From assembly GCA_964422925.1 (NCBI GenBank), contig CAYRDC010000006.1:8854-72853 (forward strand): 64,000 nucleotides of DNA, written 5' to 3'. A program made the position numbers and the translations under genes. This document shows, one piece after another, positions 41,305 to 50,560 of the stretch (positions are counted from its first letter, which is position 1; each line of letters opens with the position of its first letter). The DNA is from an uncultured Chitinophagales bacterium (GTDB lineage Bacteria > Bacteroidota > Bacteroidia > Chitinophagales > S012-47). The notes below the pieces were generated by a model. The model was not told where the DNA came from, did no database searches, and saw nothing but the letters and a program-made list of their open reading frames with translations.

Positions 41305-43994
41305 TCCGCAGCTTCTTCAGGCTCCGTGGCCGGCCGCATTCGGCATTGCCTGATTTTCCAGCCGATAACCCCGAAAAACAGCAACAGGATCAAAACGGAA
41401 GCAGCCAGGGATATCTTCTCGCCCTTGTAGTATGAACCCGGCTCAAACCGGAACTCGATGGTATGTTCCCCGGCCGGGATACGCATGGCCCGCAGCACAT
41501 AATTCACCCGGATATGGGGTACAGGTTTCCCGTCTAAGTAAGCTTTCCAGCCTTTGTGGTCGTTGTAATAAATTTCAGAAAATACGGCAAACTGCTCGGT
41601 GGCAGCCCGGCTCTGGTAAATGAGCCGGTTGGGCGCATAATCGCTCAGGGTGATAGAGGCCGTGCTGTCGGGCTGATACGTCCAGCCCTGCAAGTAATCC
41701 GCAAACGGGGGTTCCACCACGGCCACCCGCTCCAGGGGAAGCGTACCCAGGGTGTCGAGCGCCTGGTCGGGGCCGTCAACCAGCAGCAATTCCCTGATAA
41801 ACCATGCATTGCCCAGGTGCCGGCTCATGGGCAGTACGCCCTGTTCCGATGCCTGGAATATGAGGTATTTGGTGTTGAGCATGCGCAGCACCGGTGAATT
41901 GAGCAGCATGTCTATCCCGGTTTCTGACCGGCTCGCCTGGTTCACCACCGGGATTACCCAGCGGTCGTACAGCTCCTGGTAACGCTGCATTTTGGCACCA
42001 TGGTAACCGCCTATGGATTTGTGGTAATAAGAGGTGGTCGCATCGTTAAACGGGCTAACCGACAGGTTATACACCCGGAAATCTGTGTGCATGTTCAGCA
42101 CTTTAAATTTCAGATCAGTAAGTTCCCGCGCGCTTAACCTGGGCGCCACGTGGCGGTAACGCCTCGGGTTTTCAGCTTTCAATTCTTCCTGCCGGGCTTT
42201 CACCGCTTCGTTAAAGGCGGGTTGCAGATCCGGATGCAGCGTGTACTCCGCGTTCAGGATGGTCATATCAGCCCCGGTAGGTGCGAGGGCTTTTTCCAGG
42301 AAATCCTTTTCATAACTGTCATTATTCAAAAACCGTTTGTCCACGCCCCACAGGTCGATAAGGATGAGGGCTCCGGCCAGGGCCAGGATGATTTTGCGCG
42401 AGATTTTCTGCTTCAAGTACAGGAACAATCCCCCCGCGCCCAGCAGTACAAACACCAGCGATCTTAACGCGTCTATACGGACAAGCCGCGCGCGGTCGGC
42501 ATGAATGGCATTGAGCAGGGTATCGGCCTGCTGCGGCAGGGCCGAATAAATGACATTATCCGCATCGGTTTTTATTCCCGCGATGCCGGGAAACAGTACG
42601 AGGAGCAGCAGGATGCCACCTGTCACCCCACCGGCTATTTTCAGGGCTTTCAGTGCTCGTTTCCGGTCGAGCCGGCCATGGATCAGTTCCGCCAGCCCCA
42701 GCGCGGCCAGCAGCGGGAACAGCAACTGGGCAATTACCAGGATCATAGACACCGTCCGGAATTTCTTGTACAGCGGGAAATAATCAAAAAACAAGTTCGT
42801 GAGGGGCTCAAAGTTTTTCCCCCAGGCCAGCATGATCGAAAGGATTACGGCAGCCAGAATGCCCCACCGCAGGGCATTGTCGCGCAGGACAAACAGGCTG
42901 AAAAGGAACAGGAAGCAGACAAGCGCCCCGAAATACACGGGCCCGCTGGTAAAGGGCTGGGGGCCCCAGTAACTTCCGAGGTTTTGCATAACCGCCTGGG
43001 CAGCCTGCGGGTTTTCTTTCTGTACCTTTCCGAAATTAATCTGCCGCAATGCCTGCAGGGTGCGGCTGCCTTCTTTATACAAGGCCTGCATGCTCGAGCC
43101 GCCTGCGAAATTCGGCACCAGGAGGGTCATGGTTTCGCCCTTGCCGTAGCTCCAGGCCAGGGCATAATCCTTGTCCAGTCCGCCTTTTTTCTCCTTATCC
43201 GGGTTTTTCAGTTCGGTGCCCCCACGGATGGACACTTTGCTGTATTCATAGGTAGTCCACAGCCGGGTTGTATTGGCCCCGGCTGCCAGCAATAGAGCCA
43301 GCGCGAACAAGCCGGCCCGGTAGGCAAAAGCGGGTAGCTGCCGTTGGTTCCAGGCTCTGACCAGTTCGGCAATGCCAAGCACCAGCAGCATGATCATGGT
43401 GTAATAGAATATTTGCGGGTGATTGGTATATAATTGAAGGCCCATAGCCAGCGCGGCCAGGGATGCCCCGATCCACCGGTTCCCCCGGAAGGTAAGCACA
43501 AAGCCCGCCAGCACCAGGGGCATATAAGCTATAGCGGCCGCCTTGGTGTTGTGCCCCGCTTCAATATTGATTATCTCGTAGGATGACAAGGCAAAGGCCA
43601 CTGCCCCCACCAGGCTTATCCAGGGATCTACCCGGAAGGCCAGCATCAGGATAAAAAAGGACACCATACCGATAAACAGCGTTCGTGCCGGCCCCGGCAG
43701 AAAACCGAGCGAAGCCAGCTTATGAACATTGCGCAGGAGATTGCCATGCGTGATCATGGAAATCTGGTAGGCCGGCATACCGGAAAAGGCCCGGTTGGTC
43801 CAGAGGGCTTCCTTGCCGGTGTCGTGGCGGTAGTCCACGATTTCCTTGGACATGCCGCGGCTCTGCTTCACGTCCTGCTGCTTCAGCGATTTTCCCTCAA
43901 ACAGCGGGCGGAACATAAAAAAGGTAATCAGCACAAAAACGGCCAGTGCCGCCACGTACGGCAGGGCCTTTTTCAGTCGGCTCACAGGATTCAT
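41301..43994 (-). CDS. YfhO family membrane protein (GT-C-type glycosyltransferase candidate)
   Basis: 897 aa. The N-terminal region QQDVKQSRGMSKEIVDYRHDTGKEALWTNRAFSGMPAYQI and the many TM helices match Bacteroidota YfhO proteins. It has a large C-terminal soluble domain and a final TM helix. Confidence 0.85.
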   Translation of the reverse strand: MNPVSRLKKALPYVAALAVFVLITFFMFRPLFEGKSLKQQDVKQSRGMSKEIVDYRHDTGKEALWTNRAFSGMPAYQISMITHGNLLRNVHKLASLGFLPGPARTLFIGMVSFFILMLAFRVDPWISLVGAVAFALSSYEIINIEAGHNTKAAAIAYMPLVLAGFVLTFRGNRWIGASLAALAMGLQLYTNHPQIFYYTMIMLLVLGIAELVRAWNQRQLPAFAYRAGLFALALLLAAGANTTRLWTTYEYSKVSIRGGTELKNPDKEKKGGLDKDYALAWSYGKGETMTLLVPNFAGGSSMQALYKEGSRTLQALRQINFGKVQKENPQAAQAVMQNLGSYWGPQPFTSGPVYFGALVCFLFLFSLFVLRDNALRWGILAAVILSIMLAWGKNFEPLTNLFFDYFPLYKKFRTVSMILVIAQLLFPLLAALGLAELIHGRLDRKRALKALKIAGGVTGGILLLLVLFPGIAGIKTDADNVIYSALPQQADTLLNAIHADRARLVRIDALRSLVFVLLGAGGLFLYLKQKISRKIILALAGALILIDLWGVDKRFLNNDSYEKDFLEKALAPTGADMTILNAEYTLHPDLQPAFNEAVKARQEELKAENPRRYRHVAPRLSARELTDLKFKVLNMHTDFRVYNLSVSPFNDATTSYYHKSIGGYHGAKMQRYQELYDRWVIPVVNQASRSETGIDMLLNSPVLRMLNTKYLIFQASEQGVLPMSRHLGNAWFIRELLLVDGPDQALDTLGTLPLERVAVVEPPFADYLQGWTYQPDSTASITLSDYAPNRLIYQSRAATEQFAVFSEIYYNDHKGWKAYLDGKPVPHIRVNYVLRAMRIPAGEHTIEFRFEPGSYYKGEKISLAASVLILLLFFGVIGWKIRQCRMRPATEPEEAAE

Positions 43995-44040
43995 CAGGTC
44001 AGGTTTTGATGAAGGTAAAAGTAAAAAGAAATTGGCACGG

Positions 44041-44865
44041 CTATGACCCCTTGTTCGGGGTTTCGGCCACCACGATCAAACCGGTTCCCGTGCGGTGGTT
44101 GCCCAGCACGTCAAACCGGTTGAGAACCCATGCCACCGGGTAGGTGAGCAGGTAGTACAGGGGCAGCACCACGAAGAAGGCTTTGGAGCGGTTGAGCATC
44201 AGCAAAGGATATTTCATGGACAGGCGCCAGCTTACCTGGCCCGGCCTGCCGTAGCTGTAACGCACCCTGACATCGGAAAAGCCGGCCCTGAGCAGCTTGT
44301 CGCGGATTTCTTCGCGCCCGTAGCCGTCACGCACATGCTCCCCGATGAAGGATTCTTCATGATCGTCATGCACATCGCTGCCGCCCTGGTCGGACGGTGT
44401 GCTGATAATAAGGCGGCCACCGGGTTTCAGCGAGGCGGCAAAATGGCGGAACACCCCGACATCGTCTTCGATGTGCTCCATGACATCCACCGAAAGGATG
44501 AGGTCGAAACTGCCGGGTTGCTCAAAGCGGGTGAGGTCTTCCACGCGGAATTCCACGTTACTGCGGCCGGTGCTGCGGAAAAACCGGTTGCAGTCTTCCA
44601 CCTGGTCTTCCTTCACATCCACGGCCAGGATTTCCCAGCGGGGGTTCATGCGGCTGAGGTACCAGGTGTACTGGCCGAAACCGCTGCCCGCGTCCAGGAT
44701 GCGGGCGGGCTGGTACCTGCGGCCCCTGGCCCACTGGCGCAGCTCGCGGTGCACGTGCCAGGCACGCAGCAGCAGCAGGTCCAGCAAACGGTAAAACAAT
44801 TTCCGCAAAAAAGGCGAGCGGTTGAACGCCCTGCCCAGCACTCTTTTAATCGGGTCGTATTGCAT
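44041..44865 (-). CDS. class I SAM-dependent methyltransferase
   Basis: Motif I ILDAGSGFGQYTWYL, plus post-I/II features (ILAVDV, DLILSVDVMEHI). I use the ATG at 44865 (MQYDPIKRVLG). Confidence 0.8.
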   Translation of the reverse strand: MQYDPIKRVLGRAFNRSPFLRKLFYRLLDLLLLRAWHVHRELRQWARGRRYQPARILDAGSGFGQYTWYLSRMNPRWEILAVDVKEDQVEDCNRFFRSTGRSNVEFRVEDLTRFEQPGSFDLILSVDVMEHIEDDVGVFRHFAASLKPGGRLIISTPSDQGGSDVHDDHEESFIGEHVRDGYGREEIRDKLLRAGFSDVRVRYSYGRPGQVSWRLSMKYPLLMLNRSKAFFVVLPLYYLLTYPVAWVLNRFDVLGNHRTGTGLIVVAETPNKGS

Positions 44866-44960
44866 AAACGCGCCTTTTCGGGCAAGCGGCACAAAAGTAA
44901 TGGATTTAGGGAAACCCGCCTGCCCGGCACGGGGTCATTTTCAAATGTCGGGGCAAGTCT

Positions 44961-44968
44961 TAATTTTG
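44961..44968 (+). promoter_or_regulatory. Bacteroidota -7 box match (TAATTTTG) upstream of the tdh-like gene
   Basis: Exact TAnnTTTG match ending 21 nt before the ATG at 44990. Confidence 0.4.
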
Positions 44969-44989
44969 GGCTTTTACAAGCGAAACGGT

Positions 44990-45946
44990 ATGAGCAAGGA
45001 TCCGCGCATTATGGTAATCGGAGCCAACGGCCAGATCGGAACTGAACTGGTGGCCGCCCTCCGGGAGCGGTACGGCAGCGATAAGGTGCTGGCCACCGAT
45101 ATCAAACCAGCCAATCCCCGCCTTGAAGGCACAGGCCCCTTCGAACAACTGGATGTGCTGGATGCGCAGAAACTGGAATCGCTGGTGCGCCATTACAATG
45201 TGGGGGTTATTTACCACCTGGCAGCCCTGCTTTCAGCCACAGCGGAACAAAAACCCATGGCCGGCTGGCGCCTGAACATGGACGGCCTGCATAATGTGCT
45301 GAACCTTGCCCGCGACCTGGAACTGGAAAAGGTATTCTGGCCCAGCTCCATAGCCGCCTTCGGGCCGCATTCCCCCAAAGACCACACTCCGCAATGGACG
45401 GTTATGGATCCCAACTCGGTGTACGGCATCAGCAAGCTGGCCGGGGAAGGATGGTGCCGCTATTATTTTGAAAAATACGGGCTGGACGTGCGCAGCGTGC
45501 GCTATCCCGGGCTCATCAGCTACAAAACCCCGCCCGGAGGGGGCACCACAGACTACGCGGTGGATATTTTTCACCAGGCCCTGAAAGAAGGGCAATACAC
45601 CTGTTTCCTGGCCGCAGACACGCGCCTGCCCATGATGTACATGCCCGATGCCATCCGCGGCACCATAGAACTGATGGAAGCCCCGGCCGACAGGATCACC
45701 GTGCGCACCAGCTACAATTTCTCCGCCCTGGATTTCACCCCGGAAGAGCTGGCCGCAGCCATCCGGCAGCATATTCCCTCCTTCCGGGTGGACTATGCCC
45801 CGGATTACCGCCAGCAACTGGCTGCCTCCTGGCCGGACAGCATTGACGACACTCCCGCCCGCCACGACTGGAACTGGCAGCACGAATACATCCTCGAAAA
45901 AATGACAGCCGATATGCTGGAACACCTGGCAGTGGCCAGAGATTAA
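44990..45946 (+). CDS. tdh: NAD-dependent epimerase/dehydratase-fold L-threonine 3-dehydrogenase-like protein
   Basis: IMVIGANGQIGTELVAALRERYGSDKVLATDIKP and YGISK closely resemble the short-chain TDH of Flavobacteria. The upstream track extension (44822) is antisense to the methyltransferase gene. Confidence 0.75.
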   Translation: MSKDPRIMVIGANGQIGTELVAALRERYGSDKVLATDIKPANPRLEGTGPFEQLDVLDAQKLESLVRHYNVGVIYHLAALLSATAEQKPMAGWRLNMDGLHNVLNLARDLELEKVFWPSSIAAFGPHSPKDHTPQWTVMDPNSVYGISKLAGEGWCRYYFEKYGLDVRSVRYPGLISYKTPPGGGTTDYAVDIFHQALKEGQYTCFLAADTRLPMMYMPDAIRGTIELMEAPADRITVRTSYNFSALDFTPEELAAAIRQHIPSFRVDYAPDYRQQLAASWPDSIDDTPARHDWNWQHEYILEKMTADMLEHLAVARD

Positions 45947-46200
45947 ACTGCAAGGCCTTTATATTCCCCGTAATCAATATTCAAATCAGCCGTATAGCCG
46001 CTGAAGGAAACCCTAAAATGCACAGGTTCCCCGCAATGCGGGCATTCCGGGCAATCCAATTCGCTCATCAGGGTATGCTGTGGTACCTTGATTCCCTTGT
46101 TAATCACATCCCAGTTTTCGACCAGTGAAAACAGGCGGGTAAACTCTTCACTGTCTTCCGGGTTATTCAGCAACTCCTGAATTTTTTGGTTCAGATCCAT
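45943..46200 (-). CDS. small hypothetical protein with CPECPHC motif
   Basis: 85-aa ORF with natural composition, downstream of rlmB on the same strand. Its stop region overlaps the convergent tdh stop by 4 nt. Confidence 0.45.
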   Translation of the reverse strand: MDLNQKIQELLNNPEDSEEFTRLFSLVENWDVINKGIKVPQHTLMSELDCPECPHCGEPVHFRVSFSGYTADLNIDYGEYKGLAV

Positions 46201-46269
46201 TAATATGGTTTTCAGGTCGGGAAATCAATCTAATATAAGGTAAAACCCGGAGCTCCCGGATGAAGGAGC

Positions 46270-47004
46270 CTACCCCCGCTGCCGCATGGCTTCATAGAGC
46301 AGCATGGCAGCAGCCACGGAAACGTTGTAAGATTCAATGCCGGGCCGCATGGGCAGCTTCACCAGCTCATCGGCCAGGCGGAGCAATGCGTCAGACACGC
46401 CCCGGTCCTCGGCACCCATAACAAGGGCCAACGGTACTGTCATGTCCGTGGCGGAGGGATATATGTTTCCCCTGCTGTCGGCTGCCAGAATGCGCAGGCC
46501 CGATTCCCTGAAGAATTTCACGGTGGCCGGCAGGTTCTGTGAGCGGCAGAGGGTGATTTTCCTCAGCGCTCCCGCTGAAGATTTTACGGCCGCTGGGGTA
46601 ACCTGGGCCGATTCGGCCGTGCCCCATACCAGGGCATGCACCCCGGTTCCGAGGGCTGTGCGGGCTATTGCCCCGAGGTTGCGCACATCGGTGATGCCGT
46701 CCAGCACCAGAATCAGGGGCACCTCGCCTTTTTCGAAAATGCCGGGCAATACGTCTTCCGGAAGGTAATAGCTGACCGCGGCTGTGATGGCCACCACGCC
46801 CTGGTGGTTGCCGCGGGTGAGGCGGTTGAGCCGCTGGATGGGCACCCTTGCCAGGGGCACCGACATGGCCCGGCAGGCCGATTCCACTTCCCGGGCCCAG
46901 TCAGCGCGCAGGTCGCGCTGCAGGTAAACCTTTTCAATGGAGGCCCCCGGACGGAGTGCTTCCGTTACCGGATGCCGGCCGTATATCAGCTCCGATTGTG
47001 CCAC
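46270..47004 (-). CDS. rlmB: 23S rRNA (guanosine-2'-O)-methyltransferase RlmB (SpoU/TrmH family)
   Basis: IYGRHPVTEAL substrate-binding N-domain plus SPOUT motifs (LDGITDVRNLGAIARTA, LVMGAEDRGVS, PMRPGIESYNVSVAAAMLLYE). Confidence 0.85.
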   Translation of the reverse strand: MAQSELIYGRHPVTEALRPGASIEKVYLQRDLRADWAREVESACRAMSVPLARVPIQRLNRLTRGNHQGVVAITAAVSYYLPEDVLPGIFEKGEVPLILVLDGITDVRNLGAIARTALGTGVHALVWGTAESAQVTPAAVKSSAGALRKITLCRSQNLPATVKFFRESGLRILAADSRGNIYPSATDMTVPLALVMGAEDRGVSDALLRLADELVKLPMRPGIESYNVSVAAAMLLYEAMRQRG

Positions 47005-47015
47005 GCACAGCGGGT

Positions 47016-50000
47016 TTAGTTCCCGAAGAAACTCATCGGGTCAGTTACATTGTTCTGCTGCTGGAACAGCTCCAGCCGCTGCTGTATGTCGGAGGCCATG
47101 GCCGTGTCACCGCCCTGCCCTGCCAGGCTCACCAGTGATCCGTACATGCTGAAATCCTGGAACAGGTTCCGGATGGCGTACGGCACCTGTTCCGGGTTTT
47201 TCGACAGGTATTCCCGCAGGAAATCCGGCCGGTTGCCGGAAGCCTTGCGCATCCGGTCGACCCGCTCGCTGGCCAGCCAGAATTCCATATCCTCTTCAAT
47301 CAGGTCAATCAGCTGCATCACAATGGGTGCGGCCTTGTCGGGCGCTTTGCACCGGTAATAGGTTCCCACCACCGGGTACAATTGCTGCGGATCATAGAAA
47401 GGCACATTCTCCTGTTTGAAAGCCTCAAAGCATTTTTCGAGCACCGCCACCGCTTTGTCGAATTCCCCATTGTTGGCCAGGGTCTGCGCCAGGAACAACA
47501 GGTTAGACCGCAGCATCTGGGCCGTGCGCATACCGGTTTCATTCAGGTAAATATGGTTGGTATCGGCCCCGCCCCAATGCCACTTATTCATGATGTTGTC
47601 ATACATGATATCCGTATTGGTCCATTCATTGGTAGGCAATTCCACCGGAACCAGGCGGTAGGCCAGCCCTTCGCGCTGCAGGTATTTATGCAGGCCGAGG
47701 TGTTTGTTTTCGGGCACCGTGATGGCAAAGTAAATCGGACGTTCCCAGTTATTGCTGGCAATGATATCCATAATGATCAGTTCATCCCGGATCAGGCTGC
47801 GCTTGCCCTTACCCAGTTTCATGGTTATGCGGGGCTTTATCATTTTGGCAAACCGCGGGTCCACCGTACCGTTGGCAATCACCTTGGCGGTATCCACCGG
47901 GATGGTTATAGTACGCGTGGGCAGGTAATCCGTGGCGTAACCCCGGATATTCAGCTTGGTGTTGGGATTGTCGCTTTTGATGAAATCCAGTACGGTATTG
48001 ATATCATTCCCGTACCTGGCAACAAATTTCTTGTCTTCCTTGATATCAATAACCTGCCGCTTGTCGCCCAGGTAATCCTTCAGCTTGAAGCGCAGCTTAA
48101 CGGGATCTGAGTTGTTGATTTTGTACGTAAGTTGATTGATATACCAATCCACCGCCAGCAGGCTGAGGTTGATGACGCGGACATCATTCCGGATGCCTTC
48201 CACTTCCTGGGCATACCAGAGGGGATAGGTATCGTTATCGCCCTGCGTAAACAGGATGGCATTCGGGGCGCAGGATTCCAGGTAATCGCGGGCTGAATCC
48301 AGGGCCATATAGCTGCCGGAACGGTCGTGATCGTCCCATTCCTGGGAAATCAGCAGCACGGGACTAACCAGTCCTGCCACCAGCGCCAGCGAAAGCGCAA
48401 GGCGCTTTTGCATTTTCCGCGACAACCATTGATATATGGCCAACACCGCAAATCCGATCCACATGGCATAGGAATAAAATGATATGGCCAGGGCATAATC
48501 CCGTTCGCGCGGTTCAAAAGGCGGTTCATTGGCATTAACAATATTCATGATCCCGGTCCAGAAGAAAAGCATAAAAATGATCCAGGCTCCCTTTTTGTCT
48601 TCTTTGTAATGATAAAACAAGCCGATCAGCCCGAGCAGGAAGGGGATCATGTACATTTGGTTCCTGGCTTTGTTGTAGCGGGATTCACTGCGGTTGTATT
48701 CCGGGCCTATGCGCGCTTCATCAATAGCAGGAATGCCGGTCAGCCAGTTTCCATTATTTCGCCCCCGTTGAATATGGCCCTGCATATCATCTTGTCTTCC
48801 GCTGAAATTCCAGAAGAAATAGCGCCAGTACATGTAGCCGATCTGGTATTTGAAGAAATAGCGCAGGTTATCTCCAAAATCAGGTACGGCATTCTGGCTC
48901 ATATTCAGCCAGGCCCGGTAGGCATCCGCATGTTCCGGGTTGCCAATGGAACCCATCCTTGGAAAGAGGGTCATTTTGTTTGTCCGGGCAATTTCGGCTT
49001 TAATTTGTTGAATTTGGGCTTCGGGATATCCCTGCTGGCGATACATATCTTCCAGCTTGCGGGAAAAAGTGAATACGTATTCGGTTTGCTTGCCCGCTTC
49101 GATATACTTCGGGTTTCCCTTGTCATCGGTTCCTTTCATATAGCGGGTCCGAATCACCTTAGTATCAATCGGCTGGGCGGTGAAATACGGGCCATACAGC
49201 AGGGGACGGTGGCCATACTGATCCCGCTTCAGATATGAGTGCAGGGTATAAATATCGGAGGGGTCGTTCATGTTGATGGGCGGATTGGCATTGGCCCGGA
49301 TAATTACCGTGACAAAAGAGGAAATCCCGATTACGATCATTACGAAGGACAGCACCGCGGTCCGGATCCACCATTTCCGGGTATTGCCGGCATAAAGCCA
49401 TGCCAGCACCAGAAGGCCCGACAGTAATATTCCGAAAAAGATCACCCCGCTCCAGAAAGGCAGGCCCATGCCGTTGACAAATTGCAGGTCAAACCAGGCG
49501 GCAATGCGGATCAGGTAATCCAGCACCCCAAACAATACAAAAGCCGTCAGGCCAAACCCAACGAAAAAAGTCACGATCATTCCCTTCCAGGTGACTTTTT
49601 CCCATTTCCGGAAATAGTAAATGTAGGCCATAGCCGGCAGGGCCAGTAAATGCAGCAGGTGCACCCCGGTCCCCAGGCCGACCAACAGGGCAATCAACAC
49701 GATCCAACGGTCACTGTGCAGGTCATCGGCCCTGCGGTCCCATTTCAGCATACACCAGAAAATCAGTATGGTAAAGAAACTGCTTGTGGCATACACTTCT
49801 CCTTCCACGGCCGAAAACCAAAAAGAATCCAGGAAAGCACCGCTCAGCGCTCCGACTATCCCGGCTCCTAAGAGGGCAATGATATTGCCCTGGTTCAGTT
49901 CAATCTGGCGCTTTTCGTACAGCTTCAATCCCAGCATGGTAATGCTCCAATACAGGAACAACATACTCAGCGCGCTGGTGAGCCCGGAAAGGAAGTTGAT

Positions 50001-50231
50001 CATCACCGCCTTGTGGGCAATATCTGCCGCAAAGAGACTGAAAATACGCCCCAGCAAAAGGAAAAGCGGAGCTCCTGGCGGGTGGACGACTTCCTGGTTC
50101 ACCGCAGCGGAAATAAATTCACCGCAATCCCAAAAACTCACCGTAGGTTCCAGCGTCAGGGTGTAAACGATGAGCGTGATGAGAAACACGCCCAGTCCGG
50201 CCAGGTTATTCAGCCTGTTAAATTGCTTCAT
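47016..50231 (-). CDS. DUF2723 domain-containing membrane protein (TMEM260-like GT-C candidate) with TPR-like C-terminus
   Basis: 1071 aa. The N-terminal signature TVSFWDCGEFISAAVNQEVVHPPGAPLFLLLGRIF, the many TM helices, and the large soluble C-terminal half all match the family. Confidence 0.85.
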   Translation of the reverse strand: MKQFNRLNNLAGLGVFLITLIVYTLTLEPTVSFWDCGEFISAAVNQEVVHPPGAPLFLLLGRIFSLFAADIAHKAVMINFLSGLTSALSMLFLYWSITMLGLKLYEKRQIELNQGNIIALLGAGIVGALSGAFLDSFWFSAVEGEVYATSSFFTILIFWCMLKWDRRADDLHSDRWIVLIALLVGLGTGVHLLHLLALPAMAYIYYFRKWEKVTWKGMIVTFFVGFGLTAFVLFGVLDYLIRIAAWFDLQFVNGMGLPFWSGVIFFGILLSGLLVLAWLYAGNTRKWWIRTAVLSFVMIVIGISSFVTVIIRANANPPINMNDPSDIYTLHSYLKRDQYGHRPLLYGPYFTAQPIDTKVIRTRYMKGTDDKGNPKYIEAGKQTEYVFTFSRKLEDMYRQQGYPEAQIQQIKAEIARTNKMTLFPRMGSIGNPEHADAYRAWLNMSQNAVPDFGDNLRYFFKYQIGYMYWRYFFWNFSGRQDDMQGHIQRGRNNGNWLTGIPAIDEARIGPEYNRSESRYNKARNQMYMIPFLLGLIGLFYHYKEDKKGAWIIFMLFFWTGIMNIVNANEPPFEPRERDYALAISFYSYAMWIGFAVLAIYQWLSRKMQKRLALSLALVAGLVSPVLLISQEWDDHDRSGSYMALDSARDYLESCAPNAILFTQGDNDTYPLWYAQEVEGIRNDVRVINLSLLAVDWYINQLTYKINNSDPVKLRFKLKDYLGDKRQVIDIKEDKKFVARYGNDINTVLDFIKSDNPNTKLNIRGYATDYLPTRTITIPVDTAKVIANGTVDPRFAKMIKPRITMKLGKGKRSLIRDELIIMDIIASNNWERPIYFAITVPENKHLGLHKYLQREGLAYRLVPVELPTNEWTNTDIMYDNIMNKWHWGGADTNHIYLNETGMRTAQMLRSNLLFLAQTLANNGEFDKAVAVLEKCFEAFKQENVPFYDPQQLYPVVGTYYRCKAPDKAAPIVMQLIDLIEEDMEFWLASERVDRMRKASGNRPDFLREYLSKNPEQVPYAIRNLFQDFSMYGSLVSLAGQGGDTAMASDIQQRLELFQQQNNVTDPMSFFGN

Positions 50232-50360
50232 GCAGACAATATTTTAGGTTTCCGGTATGAATGGTCAAAAATAAGAAAATCGGGACAGGGCACAGGCCTG
50301 AACCGATAATTCCCGCGGAGGAAACCAAAAACCCGGAATATGCATTCAGGCTATAGATGT

Positions 50361-50392
50361 TTTGGAATGAAAACAGGAAGTCGTTAACTTTG
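50361..50392 (+). promoter_or_regulatory. Bacteroidota promoter match (-33 TTTG, -7 TAACTTTG) for tRNA-Gln
   Basis: TTTG at 50361-50364, a 20-nt spacer, then TAACTTTG at 50385-50392. The mature tRNA 5' end is at 50406. Confidence 0.5.
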
Positions 50393-50405
50393 CATCCACT
50401 GTGAT

Positions 50406-50478
50406 TGGCCGGTGGTGTAACAGGCAACACATCTGATTTTGGTTCAGAAGAGTCCAGGTTCGAGCCCTGGCCGGCCAG
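50406..50478 (+). tRNA. tRNA-Gln (anticodon TTG)
   Basis: Hand-folded 73 nt: acceptor TGGCCGG/CCGGCCA, D stem GTGT/ACAC, anticodon stem-loop TCTGA-TTTTGGT-TCAGA, T arm CCAGG-TTCGAGC-CCTGG, discriminator G. Confidence 0.9.
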
Positions 50479-50484
50479 CTATTG

Positions 50485-50514
50485 AAGGCTTCCCGTTTCG
50501 GGAGGCCTTTTTTT
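50485..50514 (+). terminator. rho-independent terminator after tRNA-Gln
   Basis: GGCTTCCC-GTTTC-GGGAGGCC hairpin (one G-U pair) followed by TTTTTTT. Confidence 0.6.
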
Positions 50515-50560
50515 ATGTAGTGACTCAGGAAAAAAACCAAAATCACCAGGCCAGCTATTG

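Noticed and set aside
44095-45045. 316-aa + ORF and the 44822 start of the tdh ORF, both overlapping the methyltransferase gene.
   Set aside because: The minus-strand protein has a clean SAM-binding motif I. The TDH homology begins only at the ATG at 44990, which also has a -7 box 21 nt upstream.
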